Below are positions 54,738-64,000 of a stretch of 64,000 nucleotides of DNA, piece by piece (within the stretch, counting starts at the first letter, position 1; each line of letters starts with the position of its first letter). The notes under the pieces were generated by a model. The model was not told where the DNA came from. It did no database searches and saw only the letters and a program-made list of their open reading frames with translations. Made by a program: the position numbers and the translations under genes. This DNA comes from Auanema rhodensis (taxonomy: Eukaryota > Animalia > Nematoda), in the NCBI GenBank assembly GCA_964057225.1, contig OZ059898.1, forward strand, positions 16,740,001 to 16,804,000. Reading direction: 5' to 3'.

Positions 54738-57700
54738 CTACTTTTTGCTAAATTATTTTGAAATTTTTCGAAAAAATTTTTGTCAAAATGTTTTTGGACG
54801 CAATGTTGAGTGTACATGGAAACTCAACATACACTAATGCATCATTTTTCAAACGATCATAACTAATTTTTGTATTAAGCGTTTCTCAATGTAGTATAGT
54901 GCATTTGATGCAGATTTTTAAGCTGCGTCGATCTGTGTTATCAGATTTGCGCTAGCTTAAAAATGCACCGAGATATCAACTGATATAAGTTCACACTTAT
55001 ATCCTCGATTTTCACCCTGAAGAAATAATTTTTTCGTTGAATAACATTGTCCATCGTCTTTGCCTTGAAAAAAGGAATCTAAAAACATCTACTTTTTGCT
55101 AAATTATTTTGAAATTTTTCGAAAAAATTTTTGTCAAAATGTTTTTGGAAGCAATGTTGAGTGTACATGGAAACTCAACATACACTAATGCATCATTTTT
55201 CAAACGATCATAACTAATTTTTGTATTAAGCGTTTCTCAATGTAGTATAGTGCATTTGATGCGGATTTTTAAGCTGCGTCGATCTGTGTTATCAGATTTG
55301 CGCTAGCTTAAAAATGCACCGAGATATCAACTGATATAAGTTCACACTTATATCCTCGATTTTCACCCTGAAGAATTAATTTTTTCGTTGAATAACATTG
55401 TCCATCGTCTTTGCCTTGAAAAAAGGAATTTCAAAACATCTACTTTTTGCTAAATTATTCTGAAATTTTTCGAAAAAATTTTTGTCAAAATGTTTTTGGA
55501 AGCAATGTTGAGTGTACATGGAAACTCAACATACACTAATGCATCATTTTTCAAACGATCATAACTAATTTTTGTATAAAGCGTTTCTCAATGTAGTATA
55601 GTGCATTTGATGCGGATTTTTAAGCTGCGTCGATCTGTGTTATCAGATTTGCGCTAGCTTGAAAATGCACCGAGATATCAACTGATATAAGTTCACACTT
55701 ATATCCTCGATTTTCACCCTGAAGAAATAATTTTTTCGTTGAATAACATTGTCCATCGTCTTTGCCTTGAGAAAAGGAATCTAAAAACATCTACTTTTTG
55801 CTAAATTATTTTGAAGTTTTTCGAAAAAATTTTTGTCAAAATGTTTTTGGAAGCAATTTTGAGTGTACATGGAAACTCAACATACACTAATGCATCATTT
55901 TTCAAACGATCATAACTAATTTTTGTATTAAGCGTTTCTCAATGTAGTATAGTGCATTTGATGCGGATTTTTAAGCTGCGTCGATCTGTGTTATCAGATT
56001 TGCGCTAGCTTGAAAATGCACCGAGATATCAACTGATATAAGTTCACACTTATATCCTCGATTTTCACCCTGAAGAAATAATTTTTCGTTGAATAACATT
56101 GTCCATCGTCTTTGCCTTGAAAAAAAGAATCTAAAAACATCTACTTTTTGCTAAATTATTTTGAAATTTTTCGAAAAAATTTTTGTCAAAATGTTTTTGG
56201 AAGCAATGTTGAGTGTACATGGAAACTCAACATACACTAATGCATCATTTTTCAAACGATCATAACTAATTTTTGTATTAAGCGTTTCTCAATGTAGTAT
56301 AGTGCATTCGATGCGGATTTTCAAGCTGCGTCGATCTGTGTTATCAGATTTGCGCTAGCTTAAAAATGCACCGAGATATCAACTGATATAAGTTCACACT
56401 TATATCCTCGATTTTCACCCTGAAGAATTAATTTTTTTGTTGAATAACATTGCCCATCGTCTTTGCCTTGAAAAAAGGAATCTAAAAACATCTACTTTTT
56501 GCTAAATTATTTTGAAATTTTTCGAAAAAATTTTTGTCAAAATGTTTTTGGAAGCAATGTTGAGTGTACATGGAAACTCAACATACACTAATGCATCATT
56601 TTTCAAACGATCATAACTAAATTTTGTATTAAGCGTTTCTCAATGTAGTATAGTGCATTCGATGCGGATTTTTAAGCTGCGTCGATCTGTGTTATCAGAT
56701 TTGCGCTAGCTTAAAAATGCACCGAGATATCAACTGATATAAGTTCACACTTATATCCTCGATTTTCACCCTGAAGAAATAATTTTTTCGTTGAATAACA
56801 TTGTCCATCGTCTTTGCCTTGAGAAAAGGAATTTGAAAACATCTACTTTTTGCTAAATTATTTTGAAATTTTTCGAAAAAATTTTTGTCAAAATGTTTTT
56901 GGAAGCAATGTTGAGTGTACATGTAAACTCAACATACACTAATGCACCATTTTTCAAACAATCATAACTAATTTTTGTATTAAGCATTTTTCAATGTAGT
57001 ATAGTGCATTTGATGCGGATTTTTAAGCTGCGTCGATCTGTGTTATCAAATTTGCGCTAGCTTAAAAATGCACCGAGATATCAACTGATATAAGTTCACA
57101 CTTATATCCTCGATTTTCACCCTGAAGAAATAATTTTTTCGTTGAATAACATTGTCCATCGTCTTTGCCTTGAAAAAAGGAATCTAAAAACATCTACTTT
57201 TTGCTAAATTATTTTGAAGTTTTTCGAAAAAATTTTTGTCAAAATGTTTTTGGAAGCAATGTTGAGTGTACATGGAAACTCAACATACACTAATGCATCA
57301 TTTTTCAAACGATCATAACTAATTTTTGTATTGAGCGTTTCTCAAAGTAGTATAGTGCATTCGATGCGGATTTTTAAGCTGCGTCGATCTGTGTTATCAG
57401 ATTTGCGCTAGCTTGAAAATGCACCGAGATATCAACTGATATAAGTTCACACTTATATCCTCGATTTTCACCCTGTTGAAATAATTTTTTCGTTGAATAA
57501 CATTGTCCATCGTCTTTGCCTTGAAAAAAGGAATCTAATAACATCTACTTTTTGCTAAATTATTTTGAAGTTTTTCGAAAAAATTTTTGTCAAAATGTTT
57601 TTGGAAGCAATGTTGAGTGTACATGTAAACTCAACATACACTAATGCACCATTTTTCAAACAATCATAACTAATTTTTGTATTAAGCATTTTTCAATGTA

Positions 57701-60700
57701 GTATAGTGCATTTGATGCGGATTTTTAAGCTGCGTCGATCTGTGTTATCAAATTTGCGCTAGCTTAAAAATGCACCGAAATATCAACTGATATAAGTTCA
57801 CACTTATATCCTCGATTTTCACCCTGAAGAATTAATTTTTTCGTTGAATAACATTGTCCATCGTCTTTGCTTTGAAAAAAGGAATCTAAAAACATCTACT
57901 TTTTGCTAAATTATTCTGAAATTTTTCGAAAAAATTTTTGTCAAAATGTTTTTGGAAGCAATGTTGAGTGTACATGTAAACTCAACATACACTAATGCAC
58001 CATTTTTCAAACGATCATAACTAAATTTTGTAATAAGCGTTTCTCAATGTAGTATAGTGCATTTGATGCGGATTTTTAAGCTGCGTCGATCTGTGTTATC
58101 AAATTTGCGCTAGCTTAAAAATGCACCGAGATATCAACTGATATAAGTTCACACTTATATCCTCGATTTTCACCCTGAAGAAATAATTTTTTCGTTGAAT
58201 AACATTGTCCATCGTCTTTGCCTTGAGAAAAGGAATTTGAAAACATCTACTTTTTGCTAAATTATTTTGAAATTTTTCGAAAAAATTTTTGTCAAAATGT
58301 TTTTGGAAGCAATGTTGAGTGTACATGTAAACTCAACATACACTAATGCACCATTTTTCAAACAATCATAACTAATTTTTGTATTAAGCATTTTTCAATG
58401 TAGTATAGTGCATTTGATGCGGATTTTTAAGCTGCGTCGATCTGTGTTATCAAATTTGCGCTAGCTTAAAAATGCACCGAGATATCAACTGATATAAGTT
58501 CACACTTATATCCTCGATTTTCACCCTGAAGAAATAATTTTTTCGTTGAATAACATTGTCCATCGTCTTTGCCTTGGAAAAAGGAATCTAAAAACATCTA
58601 CTTTTTGCTAAATTATTTTGAAGTTTTTCGAAAAAATTTTTGTCAAAATGTTTTTGGAAGCAATGTTGAGTGTACATGGAAACTCAACATACACTAATGC
58701 ATCATTTTTCAAACGATCATAACTAATTTTTGTATTGAGCGTTTCTCAAAGTAGTATAGTGCATTCGATGCGGATTTTTAAGCTGCGTCGATCTGTGTTA
58801 TCAGATTTGCGCTAGCTTGAAAATGCACCGAGATATCAACTGATATAAGTTCACACTTATATCCTCGATTTTCACCCTGATGAAATAATTTTTTCGTTGA
58901 ATAACATTGTCCATCGTCTTTGCCTTGAAAAAAGGAATCTAATAACATCTACTTTTTGCTAAATTATTTTGAAGTTTTTCGAAAAAATTTTTGTCAAAAT
59001 GTTTTTGGAAGCAATGTTGAGTGTACATGTAAACTCAACATACACTAATGCATCATTTTTCAAACGATCATAACTAATTTTTGTATTGAGCGTTTCTCAA
59101 AGTAGTATAGTGCATTCGATGCGGATTTTTAAGCTGCGTCGATCTGTGTTATCAGATTTGCGCTAGCTTGAAAATGCACCGAGATATCAACTGATATAAG
59201 TTCACACTTATATCCTCGATTTTCACCCTGTTGAAATAATTTTTTCGTTGAATAACATTGTCCATCGTCTTTGCCTTGAAAAAAGGAATCTAATAACATC
59301 TACTTTTTGCTAAATTATTTTGAAGTTTTTCGAAAAAATTTTTGTCAAAATGTTTTTGGAAGCAATGTTGAGTGTACATGTAAACTCAACATACACTAAT
59401 GCACCATTTTTCAAACAATCATAACTAATTTTTGTATTAAGCATTTTTCAATGTAGTATAGTGCATTTGATGCGGATTTTTAAGCTGCGTCGATCTGTGT
59501 TATCAAATTTGCGCTAGCTTAAAAATGCACCGAAATATCAACTGATATAAGTTCACACTTATATCCTCGATTTTCACCCTGAAGAATTAATTTTTTCGTT
59601 GAATAACATTGTCCATCGTCTTTGCTTTGAAAAAAGGAATCTAAAAACATCTACTTTTTGCTAAATTATTCTGAAATTTTTCGAAAAAATTTTTGTCAAA
59701 ATGTTTTTGGAAGCAATGTTGAGTGTACATGTAAACTCAACATACACTAATGCACCATTTTTCAAACGATCATAACTAAATTTTGTAATAAGCGTTTCTC
59801 AATGTAGTATAGTGCATTTGATGCGGATTTTTAAGCTGCGTCGATCTGTGTTATCAAATTTGCGCTAGCTTAAAAATGCACCGAGATATCAACTGATATA
59901 AGTTCACACTTATATCCTCGATTTTCACCCTGAAGAAATAATTTTTTCGTTGAATAACATTGTCCATCGTCTTTGCCTTGAGAAAAGGAATTTGAAAACA
60001 TCTACTTTTTGCTAAATTATTTTGAAATTTTTCGAAAAAATTTTTGTCAAAATGTTTTTGGAAGCAATGTTGAGTGTACATGTAAACTCAACATACACTA
60101 ATGCACCATTTTTCAAACAATCATAACTAATTTTTGTATTAAGCATTTTTCAATGTAGTATAGTGCATTTGATGCGGATTTTTAAGCTGCGTCGATCTGT
60201 GTTATCAAATTTGCGCTAGCTTAAAAATGCACCGAGATATCAACTGATATAAGTTCACACTTATATCCTCGATTTTCACCCTGAAGAAATAATTTTTTCG
60301 TTGAATAACATTGTCCATCGTCTTTGCCTTGGAAAAAGGAATCTAAAAACATCTACTTTTTGCTAAATTATTTTGAAGTTTTTCGAAAAAATTTTTGTCA
60401 AAATGTTTTTGGAAGCAATGTTGAGTGTACATGGAAACTCAACATACACTAATGCATCATTTTTCAAACGATCATAACTAATTTTTGTATTGAGCGTTTC
60501 TCAAAGTAGTATAGTGCATTCGATGCGGATTTTTAAGCTGCGTCGATCTGTGTTATCAGATTTGCGCTAGCTTGAAAATGCACCGAGATATCAACTGATA
60601 TAAGTTCACACTTATATCCTCGATTTTCACCCTGATGAAATAATTTTTTCGTTGAATAACATTGTCCATCGTCTTTGCCTTGAAAAAAGGAATCTAATAA

Positions 60701-62460
60701 CATCTACTTTTTGCTAAATTATTTTGAAGTTTTTCGAAAAAATTTTTGTCAAAATGTTTTTGGAAGCAATGTTGAGTGTACATGTAAACTCAACATACAC
60801 TAATGCACCATTTTTCAAACAATCATAACTAATTTTTGTATTAAGCATTTTTCAATGTAGTATAGTGCATTTGATGCGGATTTTTAAGCTGCGTCGATCT
60901 GTGTTATCAAATTTGCGCTAGCTTAAAAATGCACCGAAATATCAACTGATATAAGTTCACACTTATATCCTCGATTTTCACCCTGAAGAATTAATTTTTT
61001 CGTTGAATAACATTGTCCATCGTCTTTGCTTTGAAAAAAGGAATCTAAAAACATCTACTTTTTGCTAAATTATTCTGAAATTTTTCGAAAAAATTTTTGT
61101 CAAAATGTTTTTGGAAGCAATGTTGAGTGTACATGTAAACTCAACATACACTAATGCACCATTTTTCAAACGATCATAACTAAATTTTGTAATAAGCGTT
61201 TCTCAATGTAGTATAGTGCATTCGATGCGGATTTTTAAGCTGCGTCGATCTGTGTTATCAGATTTGCGCTAGCTTAAAAATGCACCGAGATATCAACTGA
61301 TATAAGTTCACACTTATATCCTCGATTTTCACCCTGAAGAAATAATTTTTTCGTTGAATAACATTGTCCATCGTCTTTGCCTTGAAAAAAGGAATCTAAA
61401 AACATCTACTTTTTGCTAAATTATTTTGAAGTTTTTCGAAAAAATTTTTGTCAAAATGTTTTTGGAAGCAATGTTGAGTGTACATGGAAACTCAACATAC
61501 ACTAATGCATCATTTTTCAAACGATCATAACTAATTTTTGTATTGAGCGTTTCTCAATGTAGTATAGTGCATTCGATGCGGATTTTTAAGCTGCGTCGAT
61601 CTGTGTTATCAGATTTGCGCTAGCTTGAAAATGCACCGAGATATCAACTGATATAAGTTCACACTTATATCCTCGATTTTCACCCTGATGAAATAATTTT
61701 TTCGTTGAATAACATTGTCCATCGTCTTTGCCTTGAAAAAAGGAATCTAATAACATCTACTTTTTGCTAAATTATTTTGAAGTTTTTCGAAAAAATTTTT
61801 GTCAAAATGTTTTTGGAAGCAATGTTGAGTGTACATGGAAACTCAACATACACTAATGCATCATTTTTCAAACGATCATAAAAAATTTTTGTATTAAGCG
61901 TTTCTCAATGTAGTATATTGCATTCGATGCGGATTTTTAAGCTGCGTCGATCTGTGTTATGAGATTTGCGCTAGCTTAAAAATGCACCGAGATATCAACT
62001 GATATAAGTTCACACTTATATCCTCGATTTTCACCCTGAAGAATTAATTTTTTTGTTGAATAACATTGCCCATCGTCTTTGCCTTGAAAAAAGGAATCTA
62101 AAAACATCTACTTCTTGCTAAATTATTTTGAAATTTTTCGAAAAAATTTTTGTCAAAATGTTTTTGGACGCAATGTTGAGTGTACATGGAAACTCAACAT
62201 ACACTAATGCATCATTTTTCAAACGATCATAACTAATTTTTGTATTAAGCGTTTCTCAATGTAGTATAGTGCATTTGATGCGGGTTTTTAAGCTGCGTCG
62301 ATCTGTGTTATCAGATTTGCGCTAGCTTAAAAATGCACCGAGATATCAACTGATATAAGTTCACACTTATATCCTCGATTTTCACCCTGAAGAAATAATT
62401 TTTTCGTTGAATAACATTGTCCATCGTCTTTGCCTTGAAAAAAGGAATCTAAAAACATCT
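54738..62460. repeat. Duplicate of array-B block ~43508-49470, expanded by 5 monomers
   Basis: The offset is 11230-11231 bp (32 monomers) at the left end (ggacgc 43566/54796; ORFs 45464/56695). It is 12986 bp (37 monomers) at the right end (cataaaaaat 48891/61877). Confidence 0.88.
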
Positions 62461-64000
62461 ACTTTTTGCTAAATTATTTTGAAGTTTTTCGAAAAAATTT
62501 TTGTCAAAATGTTTTTGGAAGCAATGTTGAGTGTACATGGAAACTCAACATACACTAATGCATCATTTTTCAAACGATCATAACTAATTTTTGTATTAAG
62601 CGTTTTTCAATGTAGTATAGTGCATTCGATGCGGATTTTCAAGCTGCGTCGATCTGTGTTATCAGATTTGCGCTAGCTTAAAAATGCACCGAGATATCAA
62701 CTGATATAAGTTCACACTTATATCCTCGATTTTCACCCTGAAGAATTAATTTTTTTGTTGAATAACATTGCCCATCGTCTTTGCCTTGAAAAAAGGAATC
62801 TAAAAACATCTACTTCTTGCTAAATTATTTTGAAATTTTTCGAAAAAATTTTTGTCAAAATGTTTTTGGACGCAATGTTGAGTGTACATGGAAACTCAAC
62901 ATACACTAATGCATCATTTTTCAAACGATCATAACTAATTTTTGTATTAAGCGTTTCTCAATGTAGTATAGTGCATTTGATGCGGGTTTTTAAGCTGCGT
63001 CGATCTGTGTTATCAGATTTGCGCTAGCTTAAAAATGCACCGAGATATCAACTGATATAAGTTCACACTTATATCCTCGATTTTCACCCTGAAGAAATAA
63101 TTTTTTCGTTGAATAACATTGCCCATCGTCTTTGCCTTGAAAAAAGGAATCTAAAAACATCTACTTTTTGCTAAATTATTTTGAAGTTTTTCGAAAAAAT
63201 TTTTGTCAAAATGTTTTTGGAAGCAATGTTGAGTGTACATGGAAACTCAACATACACTAATGCATCATTTTTCAAACGATCATAACTAATTTTTGTATTA
63301 AGCGTTTTCCAATGTAGTATAGTGCATTCGATGCGGATTTTCAAGCTGCGTCGATCTGTTTTATCAGATTTGCGCTAGCTTAAAAATGCACCGAGATATC
63401 AACTGATATAAGTTCACACTTATATCCTCGATTTTCACCCTGAAGAAATAATTTTTTCGTTGAATAACATTGTCCATCGTCTTTGCCTTGAAAAAAGGAA
63501 TCTAAAAACATCTACTTTTTGCTAAATTATTTTGAAGTTTTTCGAAAAAATTTTTGTCAAAATGTTTTTGGAAGCAATGTTGAGTGTACATGGAAACTCA
63601 ACATACACTAATGCATCATTTTTCAAACGATCATAACTAATTTTTGTATTAAGCGTTTCTCAATGTAGTATAGTGCATTTGATGCGGATTTTTAAGCTGC
63701 GTCGATCTGTGTTATCAGATTTGCGCTAGCTTAAAAATGCACCGAGATATCAACTGATATAAGTTCACACTTATATCCTCGATTTTCACCCTGAAGAATT
63801 ATTTTTTTCGTTGAATAACATTGTCCATCGTCTTTGCCTTGAAAAAAGGAATCTAAAAACATCTACTTTCTGCTAAATTATTCTGAAATTTTTCGAAAAA
63901 ATTTTTGTCAAAATGTTTTTGGAAGCAATTTTGAGTGTACATGGAAACTCAACATACACTAATGCATCATTTTTCAAACGATCATAACTAATTTTTGTAT

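Larger units (their letters stand above)
36137..64000. repeat. Tandem satellite array B, 351-bp monomer, about 79.4 copies; runs off the right edge of the window
   Basis: CTACTTT(T/C)TGCTAAATTA recurs at 36137, 36488, 36839, 37190, ... 63863 (period 351). Three 1-bp deletions near 44151, 44851 and 56082 account for the -3 drift. All copies are in the same orientation with a few substitutions each. Confidence 0.99.

Noticed and set aside
45464-60081. Five identical 75-aa minus-strand ORFs
   Set aside because: They are opened by the ggaatttgaaaac variant removing a stop codon. They track the HOR copies and show no evidence of coding function.
1-64000. CRISPR array or repeat-spacer system suggested by palindromic repeats
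   Set aside because: There are no unique spacers, whole monomers are repeated head to tail, and no cas or other genes are present.

Overview
The whole window is non-coding, eukaryote-style satellite DNA. It holds two different head-to-tail tandem arrays that meet at a single sharp junction. Array A (1-36132) has 205 full copies plus a 53-bp partial copy of an AT-rich 176-bp monomer. Array B (36137-64000) has about 79.4 copies of an AT-rich 351-bp monomer. No genes, RNA genes, CRISPR arrays or transposons can be supported; all eight listed ORFs are by-products of single-base changes in satellite copies. Points worth a second look: (i) the junction has almost no transition zone (4 extra A's); (ii) the monomer lengths are close to 1:2 (176 vs 351), with possible faint homology; (iii) both monomers are densely packed with inverted repeats; (iv) array A carries three helically phased CACGT(G) motifs per monomer; (v) diagnostic SNPs reveal nested higher-order repeats and multi-kb duplications; (vi) CpG transitions appear in array B but not in array A. 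A centromeric or pericentromeric origin is plausible but is inference. The organism and satellite families could not be identified by eye.
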